In this document: piece by piece, positions 8,122 to 17,542 of the stretch | Position numbering within the stretch: position 1 is the stretch's first letter | How the letters are laid out: every line of letters begins with the position of its first letter | Assembly (NCBI GenBank): GCA_038247415.1 | Contig: JBBRUX010000042.1 | Span: 1 to 32,696 of the forward strand | Source: Chitinivibrionales bacterium | Lineage (GTDB): Bacteria > Fibrobacterota > Chitinivibrionia > Chitinivibrionales > WJKA01 | Reading direction: 5' to 3' | DNA: 32,696 nt | Translations under genes and position numbers: made by a program | Notes under the pieces: generated by a model | What the model saw: the letters and a program-made list of their open reading frames with translations, nothing else | Databases searched by the model: none | What the model was told of the DNA's origin: nothing

Positions 8122-10260
8122 ATGCCTAACATCTTATCAATTATCAGCTTACAAACAAAATCGTGCGCGCTCATCTTTGGATCTGCACCCAACCTTCCGC
8201 TCCAATTAATGCACTTTGGCTCTGCGCTTTCTAATCCTAGCGAACTTATAGCCGTGCAACCCATTGGGCCAGCTCTCATGCCCTATGGCCCGGGGTGCCA
8301 CATGGAGCCGTCTATAAAGCTTACTCAGTCTGATTGTAACCCGTCGCTTGTTCTTGCGTATTCGCATTGCAGTACCAAAAAACTCGATGCTAACCGAACG
8401 CATACTATTATAACCCAGCAAGATCCAGCATACCCGATTGTTGTGGAAGTACATATCGTTGCCTATCATGCAGAAGATATTTTCGAATCGTGGGTAGAAA
8501 TTAACAATACGGGAGACTCCCCCGTAACGCTTCACGCGTGCGCATCCTTATTCCTAACGGGCAATTATCCAAATCCTGTGCTTACTCATTTCTGTTCTGG
8601 GTGGGCAAAAGAAATGCGCCTTGAGCAAACGCAGCTTACCGAAGGTCTGCTTATACTGGATGCAAAACAAGGCACCATGAACACGATAGATAAAAACCCA
8701 TCATTTCTCCTTTCGTTTACAAAAGACACCTCCGAAACACACGGCGAAATTATAGGCGCAACCCTGCGCTGGTCGGGATCGTGGAGGTTTACGTTTCAAA
8801 AAGATGCCATTAACAGACTTTTTATTTCGGGGGGCACAAATCCAAACTCCGCAGAGCATAGCATCAATCCCCACTCCAGATACAAAAGCCCTGCTGCAGT
8901 ATGCACCTATAGTAATAATGGAACTGGCCTTGTCTCGCGTCGCTTTCATACTTGGGCACGCCGGTATGCAATGCGCCATGCCGATACTGTCAGGCCCATT
9001 GTTCAAAATAGCTGGGAAGGCACGTATTTTGATTTTACCGAAGAAAAGCTTCTTGCCATGATGGATAGCGCTTCACAGATGGGTATCGAGCAATTTGTTC
9101 TTGACGATGGGTGGTTTGGAACCCAGTTTGCCCGCAACAACGACGCGTGTGGTTTAGGCGATTGGCAAGTTAATGTTGCAAAGCTTCCGCGTGGATTAGG
9201 CTTTTTGGCCCACGAGGCCGCTAAGCGCGGTATGAAGTTTGGTATTTGGGTAGAACCCGAAATGGTTAACCCTAAAAGCGAGCTCTTTCGTGCACATCCA
9301 GAGTGGGCACTGCAACTCCCTAACCGTGAATCCTTTTTACAGCGCAATCAGGTTGTTCTCGACCTTGCAAATCCTCTGGTACAAGAATTTATCCTTTCGA
9401 TTTTCGACACCTTACTTGCCGATGGCTCTATAACCTATGTCAAGTGGGATAGCAACAGTTCTATCCACAACCAAGGTTCGACCTATTTGCCAGCAAATCG
9501 TCAACAAGAGCTTGTGTATCAGTATGTGCATGGCCTCTATTACATTCTAAACGCTCTCTCAAAAAAATACCCCGCAGTACTCTTTCAAGCGTGTTCAAGC
9601 GGTGGCGGCCGCGTAGAATATGGCTCTCTGCCTTATTTCGACGAATTCTGGACAAGTGACAATACCGATGCCCGCGACCGTGTTTTTATTCAGTGGGGAA
9701 CAAGTCAATTTTTTCCTGCAATGGCAATGGCTGCACATGTATCAGCAGCACCCAACGATTTCACCCGCAGGAATATTTCTCTCAAATTCCGATTCGATGT
9801 CGCCATGTCGGGAAGGCTCGGGGTGGAGCTCCCCTCAGAAAAAATGAGTGCCGAAGAAATTTCTTTTGCAAAGCAAGCCATTGCATGGTACAAGGTTAAT
9901 CGCGAAACAATTCAGTTCGGAGATCTTTACAGACTCGTATCCCCGTATACATCAAATATGGCTGCTCTCATGTATGTTTCTGGCAATAAGAAATCTGCTC
10001 TTGTATTCGCTTACATGCTTACGCGCTGGGTAGTTGCAGGATTTCCAAACCTTAAACTTGAGGGTCTCACTGCTTCTGCGCAGTATTCTATTGTAGAAGT
10101 AAACTTCGAGCCTACCGAACCTTCTTGCGCACCCGTTATCGTTTCGGGAGAATATCTTATGGCTGTTGGCCTGCCGGTAACGTCATCGCGCCAAAGTGCG
10201 CTGGATATTGTTTTGGGGAGAGAATTGAGCAGTGCGATAGTTGTAGTAAGTCAAGTATGA
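8122..10260 (+). CDS. Alpha-galactosidase, glycoside hydrolase family 36 (melibiase-type)
   Basis: Motifs NSWEGTYFDF, FVLDDGWFG, FGIWVEPEMVN, YVKWDSN (nucleophile Asp), CSSGGGR and WTSDNTD (acid/base Asp). ATG 8122 (MPNILS) chosen over the upstream in-frame GTG at 7852, whose extension runs through repeat DNA. No signal peptide seen. Confidence 0.93.
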   Translation: MPNILSIISLQTKSCALIFGSAPNLPLQLMHFGSALSNPSELIAVQPIGPALMPYGPGCHMEPSIKLTQSDCNPSLVLAYSHCSTKKLDANRTHTIITQQDPAYPIVVEVHIVAYHAEDIFESWVEINNTGDSPVTLHACASLFLTGNYPNPVLTHFCSGWAKEMRLEQTQLTEGLLILDAKQGTMNTIDKNPSFLLSFTKDTSETHGEIIGATLRWSGSWRFTFQKDAINRLFISGGTNPNSAEHSINPHSRYKSPAAVCTYSNNGTGLVSRRFHTWARRYAMRHADTVRPIVQNSWEGTYFDFTEEKLLAMMDSASQMGIEQFVLDDGWFGTQFARNNDACGLGDWQVNVAKLPRGLGFLAHEAAKRGMKFGIWVEPEMVNPKSELFRAHPEWALQLPNRESFLQRNQVVLDLANPLVQEFILSIFDTLLADGSITYVKWDSNSSIHNQGSTYLPANRQQELVYQYVHGLYYILNALSKKYPAVLFQACSSGGGRVEYGSLPYFDEFWTSDNTDARDRVFIQWGTSQFFPAMAMAAHVSAAPNDFTRRNISLKFRFDVAMSGRLGVELPSEKMSAEEISFAKQAIAWYKVNRETIQFGDLYRLVSPYTSNMAALMYVSGNKKSALVFAYMLTRWVVAGFPNLKLEGLTASAQYSIVEVNFEPTEPSCAPVIVSGEYLMAVGLPVTSSRQSALDIVLGRELSSAIVVVSQV

Positions 10261-10265
10261 GTTTG

Positions 10266-10301
10266 TACATCGTAGGAACACCCGGCGGGGTGTTTCAAGG
10301 C
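10266..10301 (+). repeat. GTAG-type REP-like palindromic repeat, copy 2
   Basis: TACATCGTAGGAACACCCGGCGGGGTGTTTCAAGGC: GTAG followed by hairpin AACACCC-GGCG-GGGTGTT. Confidence 0.8.
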
Positions 10302-10351
10302 AAGGTTCGGCCTATCCGACGCAAGCGCCATGTTCACAATCCCTGCATGCG

Positions 10352-10387
10352 TATATCGTAGGAACACCCGGCGGGGTGTTTCCTACG
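10352..10387 (+). repeat. GTAG-type REP-like palindromic repeat, copy 3 (full hairpin; possible bidirectional terminator between convergent genes)
   Basis: TATATCGTAGGAACACCCGGCGGGGTGTTTCCTACG: CGTAGGAACACCC pairs with GGGTGTT(T)CCTACG; core ATCGTAGGAACACCCGGCGGGGTGTTTC identical to copy 2. Confidence 0.8.
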
Positions 10388-10412
10388 CGGTTCCCCAGCA
10401 GGGAATCCTACA

Positions 10413-13400
10413 TCATTTAGCGCACGTAAGATGATGCGTTGCGACTGCGGTGACCTTGTTTTGATCATCGAGTGCTTCGATACGTAAGAAATACATTCCT
10501 GCACTCATAGATTTTGCGCTCGAATAATTGAATATGTTCCGTTCTCCAAGCATTAAATTTCGCACGGTTTGAGACGAAATAGTTCTACCCAGGCAGTTTA
10601 TTATTGTAAACCGAACCGAGCTTACACCCACAAGCGGAACTGTATAGCGAACGGTAAGCACAGATCTAAATGGATTTGGATATAAAGACGAAACCGAGAA
10701 GCGGACATTCTGTTTTGCCAATCTGCTCTTTTCAAAATAGGCTGCGTTGCCAACTGCAATGGTTACATACTGCGTACAATGAGCCGGAACAGTTTGCGTA
10801 ATAGTTCCATTGCCCGCAACAAATACTCCGCTGCCCCCATCTTGAGCACGCACCTGATATCCTTGTGGCAAGAGCATGCCGGTCATGGCGTATTCGAAGA
10901 TCTCTGCATTATCTCCATCATTAACAAATGCAATTTTCTGCTGCACGCCACCTTCTTGTGTAGCATGAATAACGGTCCGCCCCATTACTTTATTCGTGCG
11001 GCCATCAACAATACCAGCACGGGTCTGATACAGCGTTGGAGACCCCTCAAAGAACTGCTGTTCCGATTTACTTTCGGGGTCGTAGCCTATGAAGCTGCAT
11101 CCAAGAGGGAAACCACTTTTAGTGTTGCCCGATAACCGAACTCCCCACGTTCCATCGGTAACCTTTTTGTTCATTGATACATGCGCAGTCATAAATTCCG
11201 GTAGTGGCGGAATATGAAGCTCAACCGCATTAGTAGCATCTCTATTAAATATGGTATACATCATTGTATCTAACGAAGGAATGCGAATTGTTTCTTTATC
11301 GAGGAGCGGCTGATTGTTGCTATAAATAAGCTGTGAGAAATATCTTCCAGCGTCATTTTTTCTCCAGGAATAAAGGTCAAGTGCTTTTCCATTCGTTCCC
11401 GTAGCATCAAGAATATCACCTACCACAATATTATACCTAAAGGGTATCGCTATATCTAACCAAGCATTGGGAGGCACTGGGATGATAAAATCCGACTTCT
11501 GAGAAATACTTGTACTGGTTCCAAGAGCAAATGTTGCATTCTCCTTTGTTTTTAACCAGAACACATCACCAGGTTTACACGTAAACAGGGAATCGTTGTG
11601 GGCAGAATATTCCTTCCAATTTGCATCGGGTGCTTTTTGTTGAACAGGATTCCACTTATACAAACGGAATAGCAACGGATCGTAGCTAAACGCATCCCCT
11701 TTTCTAAAAGGATCGTATTTGGCGAGAATCTCAGACAATTTTGCCGTTTGCAATTCACGCGTGATATAAATTGGGGTCCAGCGCAAAGCATCGGTGGAAA
11801 TTACCCCAAGTGTAGATGACGATACTCTCCGTGAAATGGAAATAGTATCGGTATGTACCCCATCGCTTACAATCAGTCGTGCCCGCAAACCGTTTTCGTC
11901 GGTAATTTTATCTCCAGGTATTGTTGTATAGGTTTCATTTGCAATATCAGAACGAACATTACCTTTAAATAGAGAGGTCGAATCAAAGGCGCTCGCGTCT
12001 TTTGCATACTGAAGGATCCATCGCGCATTACCTACCTGATCACGAATAGAAAAGGTATCCGATTCCGCCATACCTACCATGGCTAAATCGGCTGTATCGG
12101 ATGGGCTTTTAAAGGTAACGACCGGGCGTGCCTTATCTACCATTACAACAATTGGCAATCCTTTTTTATTGGGATCGAGAAGAGAGCTATTGATCCAGAC
12201 AATATTATTTACTCTATCAACAGTAAACCCATATAGCGCAAGCATAATGCCTGCGCTATCACGAAACAAGCCAATATCCAAGGGGCTTTCTCCCGCTGGC
12301 AAAGAAAATGCAATTCCAAGATTTACTGGTGGATAGACACTAAGCGAAAGAGAAACGCCAATGCTTATAGGAATAAGTTCTGGCGAGGGACTTACTATGG
12401 TACGCAATACCACGGTATCGGGAGTCTGGACAGATGATGCTGTTGCCTTTGCAATAATGACATTATTATTGAAAGCTCGCAGGGTATCTTTACCCGCAGG
12501 AAAAATGGTAATTGGTTGACGAGAAAACTTAGACGTTTTTACCACTGCTCTAGACTGTGCAAGAATTGGTACAGCCCAGCCACCCTCTGCGCTACGCACC
12601 CATGTAGCAACGTAATAGGTAGTATCAAAAACAAGATTTGCAGCAATCGAAATTATTTCGGTTCCACTCGCTGGAGGCGGTGCAGTTGTTACCACATAGC
12701 CAAAACCGTTTATGTCTGGCCTATTAATTCTAAACACAGAATTGCTATCGGTGCCATAGGTTATTCCCACAGCAGCTACTTTGTCGTTAGGCAAACGAGA
12801 CCATCCTACAACAAGCGACATAGCTGTCGAATCGTATTTAAGCGATTCTATTTTTGTTTCGTTGGGAACGGTATCTTTTGCGTTGAATGCTTTAGTTTTA
12901 GCTGTTGCTTTTGTGGAGGCAGTGATATCCGACCATAAAAGATTTCGCATAACCTGCATGGCAAAATAATAAGTAGTGCTATCGCTTAAGCCTTTTACCC
13001 ATATGTTGTTATCCGATAGACTTGCGGGATAGGTAACCATAACCCCACCTCCTATCAAAGGTTGGCCAAGTCCCAAATCGGTATTTGACGTTAGAATACG
13101 GATACTATCTACATTCTGAATTGCACTCCATTTTGCCCATGCCGAATAGGTTTGAGTGGAATCGACGCGGAGTTGGCTTGTGTTCTTTATAAGAGGTAAT
13201 CCTATTATAAAACTTGTCCAGACGGTATCGGATGCAATACCTATTGTTCCTGGCAATCCATTTTGAAAATTTTGAACTATTGCAACACGTACCGTTTGTG
13301 TATCTGCAAAAAATCGCGTATTGGTTATTGTTCTAACAAATGTCCCACCTTGAATTCCCGCCACAAACGTTGCGCGAGGAACAATCTCAACAGGAATAAG

Positions 13401-16175
13401 GTCGGTATTATTTGCCACAAAGCGGATAGCAATTTCTTTAGCCGCGGTATCAATTTTGGCTGCGTTGGTTATTGTTACCGAAACGTTCTTGACGTTTGGT
13501 GTATCTATAACAATTGCTGCAAGATTTCCTGAGCTATTACCCAAATACTTGGCACTTGCTCCAAAAGTATTTACCGATGCCATTCGTATTGCAACTGCAT
13601 TGGCGCTTGAATAGGTTGCTATTTGATTTATTGGTTTCCAGTACGGAACTACCCACATGCTATAATACTGTTTAGCAGCAGAAGTTCCCAGTGGTACCAC
13701 AATGGTATCTTTTTTATTGACGGTTACCGTATCGCCAATTTTTACGCCAAGATTGAGTGTTGCATACGCTTTGCTTTTAAGATCTGAGGCTGGCACTATG
13801 GGCAAACCGTGTTCTCCAAAATAAAGATACACCGAATCGGCATAGGTGCCGGTAATGTTTTGAGTTGCCCGAATTTTACCAGTAAGTGTTACTTCTAAAG
13901 CAACCCCAGAAATTGCTTTTGCCGTAATCTGCAGGGGGTTTGCATTTTTAGACAAAACAGAAACAATTATCGATAACGAATCTATATTTGTTAGTAAACC
14001 AGCAAATGTTGACCCATATACGTACAACGTAATTTTGTGGTCTCCCGTATCTTGGTCGGTATATGTCTTGGCAACAGAAAGCGGCCGCGTGGTATACGAC
14101 ACGGTATCCGTTGCAAGAGTGCTATACCTAATTTTCCATCTTAGAATAGATCCTGCGGAAGAATCGTTAAGACTTGTCGCAAGCGGCGCTTGACCAACCT
14201 GCGGCAAAACAGAAAAATTTGCCTTTACTTTTTCAATAACCCGGAGTGTTACGGTATCGCTATTGGCGCTTGCAGCTCCGGTCACTATACAATAAAACTG
14301 AGCCACCTTATCGGCACTTGAGGTAGAAGGCAGAGTAAGAATTGCCGATGAATTATTAGGTATTGGGGTTGCTGTTCCTACCCGATACCACGCATACGAT
14401 GATACCGTCCCTGTTACCGATGCAGTAATAGACCACGCATTGGGAACAAGAACCGTGTCTGCTTTTTTTGATAATTTTGCCGAGGGAGGATTCGCAACGG
14501 CAAATGTTTTTTCAAATGCGGGCGCTTCCATGTTGGTTGCTTTATCAAATGCGCGAGATCGTAAGGCATATGCTCCATCCGCAGCAAAATTTGTTGATGC
14601 AAGAGGATAGGTAAATGTTACACCGGTGCCAGCCTTAAACCAGCTCGACGCACTTCCACCCCAGGTTGATCCGTTCCAATATGCCCCTGCCGGGTTTTGA
14701 ATTTGAACCTGAACAGAATCGATGCCGCTGCCGCCATCCGTTGCTGTTCCACCTACAGATCCTGGCCATGCGGATGTAATGCCAGAAGCAATTGACGGTG
14801 TTGTTATTTGAGACGTTGGTGGGGTTTTATCGTACATGGTTGTAGCAAAAGCCCAGACCGACTCTCCCAAAATATTTTTAACTTTTGCTGCAAAGGTAAC
14901 AGAACCTTCGGTTGTCAAGGCAAATGCTTTTGAGCCAATTGTTGTTGACCATGGAGTACTGCCTGTATCTGTAAGCAAAGATATCTTCATTTCCGTTGGA
15001 TTATTTGCTGCGGTGAATGCTGGTGTTATCGTTGCGGTTTTAGTAAAAGTTGGAACTGTAAATGCAGTAATCGAAGACAGTGCTGATGTAGAATAAAGAT
15101 ATGATCCATTTCCAACAGGCGTTTGAATATTGAGGGCCTTGTCATATGCTTTAGAGGTAATAGAATAGGTTATCCCTTCTATCATATTTGTGGCAGCAAA
15201 AGAGTAGGCCCAGGTAGCATTTGTTCGAGGTGCTTTAAGCAATTTTGGTGCTGCCAGCCATGAATTAGCTGTTCCTTGATAATAGAAATTATCTGGAGAC
15301 CGCTGGATAGTAATTTTAACCGAATCAATGGCGGATATTGCTGTAGTTCCATTACCATCAGGTACAGTACCTGCAAGTGATGTTGCTGTTGTCCATGTTT
15401 TGTTTGCTCCACCATATACTCCCGCTGTAGTAACGGTACTCGTTGGCAAAACATTATCATAAAAAGTTGTATCAAATAACCATGCGCTTGATAAGGCCCC
15501 TGTCTTGAACTGGTAATAGATTTTTTGCTTTCCCTGAGAAGAAAACCCAGCAGCAAGGCTATCCTGCGCAACTCTAACTTTCCATAAAGGCAAAGAAATG
15601 GTGTCGAGCGTATACCGAGCACTATCGGCAGGAGTAGTAATAGTAAACGAAGGCTTGAGATTATTTGTAAAGCCATTATTGTCATTAATAAGAAGCGATC
15701 CCGTAGGCCCTGTGGGAACATACAATTTTTCGCCAATCATAGTGGGGGTACAACTAGGGGCGATAAAATTCGTATAGGTACTAGAATCTTTTTCATCATA
15801 AACAATGCGCATTTTTGCGAGAGCATCTGTTAAAGCATAGTACACTCTAATTCCAGTTCCGGTATAAGAAAAGCTACAAGAACCCTGATTTTCATTTGAA
15901 AAAATTATTAATCCAGGACAATCGGCATCTGGCATTTGTGATGATGACCACCAACCCGATTCATAAACTATGCGCGTATCTGTTGCGAACACACTATCCC
16001 ATGCAGTACCCGTAGTATTACGCACTTCAAATTTATAAATTCCAATTCCTTGATCCTCATCATAAATACGGATTGTATGCGTCTGAGCTATTACTACACC
16101 CACATTTACAACAAGGAGCATAGTAAAAATTAATGCACTTAACCGGTTGAGGAACGAGGCACTACAATTCTTCAT
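10413..16175 (-). CDS. Giant secreted multi-domain surface protein (1920 aa): signal peptide, CBM-like tip, tandem bacterial Ig-like repeats, Ig and PKD-like domains, Fn3-like domains, C-terminal T9SS type-A sorting domain
   Basis: ATG with upstream AGAAGGAA; signal ends ...VGVVIA. Repeats DNVLPTS...AYDKALN and DKTPPTS...AFDKATN. PKD-like ANFSVLPQVGQAPLATSLNDSSAG. Fn3-like GLSDSTTYYFAM and NLVFDTTYYVATWVR. CTD LYPNPFRSVLTVRYTVP...IINCLGRTI...SAGMYFLRI ending in K. Confidence 0.88.
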   Translation of the reverse strand: MKNCSASFLNRLSALIFTMLLVVNVGVVIAQTHTIRIYDEDQGIGIYKFEVRNTTGTAWDSVFATDTRIVYESGWWSSSQMPDADCPGLIIFSNENQGSCSFSYTGTGIRVYYALTDALAKMRIVYDEKDSSTYTNFIAPSCTPTMIGEKLYVPTGPTGSLLINDNNGFTNNLKPSFTITTPADSARYTLDTISLPLWKVRVAQDSLAAGFSSQGKQKIYYQFKTGALSSAWLFDTTFYDNVLPTSTVTTAGVYGGANKTWTTATSLAGTVPDGNGTTAISAIDSVKITIQRSPDNFYYQGTANSWLAAPKLLKAPRTNATWAYSFAATNMIEGITYSITSKAYDKALNIQTPVGNGSYLYSTSALSSITAFTVPTFTKTATITPAFTAANNPTEMKISLLTDTGSTPWSTTIGSKAFALTTEGSVTFAAKVKNILGESVWAFATTMYDKTPPTSQITTPSIASGITSAWPGSVGGTATDGGSGIDSVQVQIQNPAGAYWNGSTWGGSASSWFKAGTGVTFTYPLASTNFAADGAYALRSRAFDKATNMEAPAFEKTFAVANPPSAKLSKKADTVLVPNAWSITASVTGTVSSYAWYRVGTATPIPNNSSAILTLPSTSSADKVAQFYCIVTGAASANSDTVTLRVIEKVKANFSVLPQVGQAPLATSLNDSSAGSILRWKIRYSTLATDTVSYTTRPLSVAKTYTDQDTGDHKITLYVYGSTFAGLLTNIDSLSIIVSVLSKNANPLQITAKAISGVALEVTLTGKIRATQNITGTYADSVYLYFGEHGLPIVPASDLKSKAYATLNLGVKIGDTVTVNKKDTIVVPLGTSAAKQYYSMWVVPYWKPINQIATYSSANAVAIRMASVNTFGASAKYLGNSSGNLAAIVIDTPNVKNVSVTITNAAKIDTAAKEIAIRFVANNTDLIPVEIVPRATFVAGIQGGTFVRTITNTRFFADTQTVRVAIVQNFQNGLPGTIGIASDTVWTSFIIGLPLIKNTSQLRVDSTQTYSAWAKWSAIQNVDSIRILTSNTDLGLGQPLIGGGVMVTYPASLSDNNIWVKGLSDSTTYYFAMQVMRNLLWSDITASTKATAKTKAFNAKDTVPNETKIESLKYDSTAMSLVVGWSRLPNDKVAAVGITYGTDSNSVFRINRPDINGFGYVVTTAPPPASGTEIISIAANLVFDTTYYVATWVRSAEGGWAVPILAQSRAVVKTSKFSRQPITIFPAGKDTLRAFNNNVIIAKATASSVQTPDTVVLRTIVSPSPELIPISIGVSLSLSVYPPVNLGIAFSLPAGESPLDIGLFRDSAGIMLALYGFTVDRVNNIVWINSSLLDPNKKGLPIVVMVDKARPVVTFKSPSDTADLAMVGMAESDTFSIRDQVGNARWILQYAKDASAFDSTSLFKGNVRSDIANETYTTIPGDKITDENGLRARLIVSDGVHTDTISISRRVSSSTLGVISTDALRWTPIYITRELQTAKLSEILAKYDPFRKGDAFSYDPLLFRLYKWNPVQQKAPDANWKEYSAHNDSLFTCKPGDVFWLKTKENATFALGTSTSISQKSDFIIPVPPNAWLDIAIPFRYNIVVGDILDATGTNGKALDLYSWRKNDAGRYFSQLIYSNNQPLLDKETIRIPSLDTMMYTIFNRDATNAVELHIPPLPEFMTAHVSMNKKVTDGTWGVRLSGNTKSGFPLGCSFIGYDPESKSEQQFFEGSPTLYQTRAGIVDGRTNKVMGRTVIHATQEGGVQQKIAFVNDGDNAEIFEYAMTGMLLPQGYQVRAQDGGSGVFVAGNGTITQTVPAHCTQYVTIAVGNAAYFEKSRLAKQNVRFSVSSLYPNPFRSVLTVRYTVPLVGVSSVRFTIINCLGRTISSQTVRNLMLGERNIFNYSSAKSMSAGMYFLRIEALDDQNKVTAVATHHLTCAK

Positions 16176-16424
16176 AGCAATTCCTTCTTGTTGAAAGGCT
16201 CAATATTAAAACAATTTTTTTTGCGCGATTAAATACAACATCAAGGCGGTTGTACTATTACATTATATAGCAATTTATTTTAAAATACATCGAAATTGAT
16301 AAAAACGATCAAAGTGTTTTAAAACTCTGTATTCTACCTTATTCACCACCGTGTATAAAACTGCAATGAATTCCTAAAGATATGCCCCTATTGTTTCAAG
16401 TCAACAAATATCGTCTATAAAATA

Positions 16425-17390
16425 TCAAGGGACTTCCAGCACAAATCGTAGTCCCAGCCTCGTTGGATATAAGCGCCACCAGCCAGGCAATAAAAACGTT
16501 TTCCCAAACTTCAATCGAGATGCAAGAATGAGTTCTACATGAGCATAATCGAGAGGAGTTTCTTTGAGGCGAAATATGCGGGATACTGCATACCGGGCAA
16601 GCGCACCATTTAAAAGTCCGGCTTGATCAATAGAAAATTCTTGCAGTGACACCTCTTTTAGAAATTCTTTTTCCCACGTATCTAATGAAATATCAATGAT
16701 TTGAGTAGCATCCGCGCAGCAATGCCCAAATTGTGCACACTGCTTTAGCGCCGATGAATATCGCGTATTTAAGAGAGGAAAAACTTCGTGCCTTAACCAA
16801 TTTCGATTATAGGCTAGATCGGTATTTGATGCATCGGTACAAAATGGTAGGTTCTTGGCAGACACATAAGATTGTATTACTGAGCGACTTACATAAATAA
16901 GCGGCCGAATAACACCATCTTCTCGCACCGGAACAATTCCCGATGCTCCCACGATACTGCTTCCTCGTAAAATGCGCATGAGCACTGTTTCTGCCATATC
17001 ATTTTCGGAATGAGCTGTTGCGATCGCAGAAAAGCCATACTCCTTTTTACACTTCATTAAAAATGTATACCGCTCTTTGCGCGCCCACTCTTCTATCCCA
17101 TGGGCCCGATCTGCGGGGGGAACAAGGATCGTGGTAAAACATTTCAGCCTTAGATCCTGCGACGCTTTTTGAACAAATTCCATATCGGCATCTGAATTTT
17201 GCGCGCGCAAGCCATGATTTACATGTGCGACTGAGACCAACCCAATGCCCAATTCGTGCTGCATTTCTAAAAGCACATGCACAAGCGCCATAGAATCGCA
17301 GCCACCACTTACGGCCACAAGAATAGAAGTACGATCACATTGATAATGAGAAAAAAAACGGCGAATACCGTTTTGGCAGGAGAGGTCCAT
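16425..17390 (-). CDS. tilS: tRNA(Ile)-lysidine synthetase, short form
   Basis: PP-loop VAVSGGCDS, AHVNHGLR, E.WARKERY, TAHSENDMAETVL, IRPL, DASN...YNRNWLRH. Confidence 0.93.
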   Translation of the reverse strand: MDLSCQNGIRRFFSHYQCDRTSILVAVSGGCDSMALVHVLLEMQHELGIGLVSVAHVNHGLRAQNSDADMEFVQKASQDLRLKCFTTILVPPADRAHGIEEWARKERYTFLMKCKKEYGFSAIATAHSENDMAETVLMRILRGSSIVGASGIVPVREDGVIRPLIYVSRSVIQSYVSAKNLPFCTDASNTDLAYNRNWLRHEVFPLLNTRYSSALKQCAQFGHCCADATQIIDISLDTWEKEFLKEVSLQEFSIDQAGLLNGALARYAVSRIFRLKETPLDYAHVELILASRLKFGKTFLLPGWWRLYPTRLGLRFVLEVP

Positions 17391-17422
17391 ACGCTGGTAA
17401 AGACCTTAGGAAGAAAAAAAAG

Positions 17423-17496
17423 TGGCAGCGAAGGGAATTGAACCCCTGACACGTGGATTATGATTCCACTGCTCTAACCGACTGAGCTACGCTGCC
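17423..17496 (-). tRNA. tRNA with CAT anticodon (most likely elongator tRNA-Met; Ile2 not excluded); CCA not encoded
   Basis: GGCAGCGTAGCTCAGTCGGTTAGAGCAGTGGAATCATAATCCACGTGTCAGGGGTTCAATTCCCTTCGCTGCCA: 7-bp acceptor stem, D arm, anticodon stem GTGGA/TCCAC with loop ATCATAA, T loop TTCAATT. Confidence 0.95.
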
Positions 17497-17511
17497 AATT
17501 AAAGAGAGGTA

Positions 17512-17540
17512 AATATAGGATTTGGGGAGGGAAATGTCAA
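17512..17540 (-). promoter_or_regulatory. sigma70 promoter for tRNA(CAU)-tilS
   Basis: Minus strand TTGACA-N17-TATATT, ending 15 nt upstream of the tRNA 5' end. Confidence 0.75.
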
Positions 17541-17542
17541 AA

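Noticed and set aside
17423..17496. tRNA as integration site for the left-hand accessory region
   Set aside because: No integrase, no duplicated tRNA 3' end was noticed, and the core gene tilS lies directly downstream.
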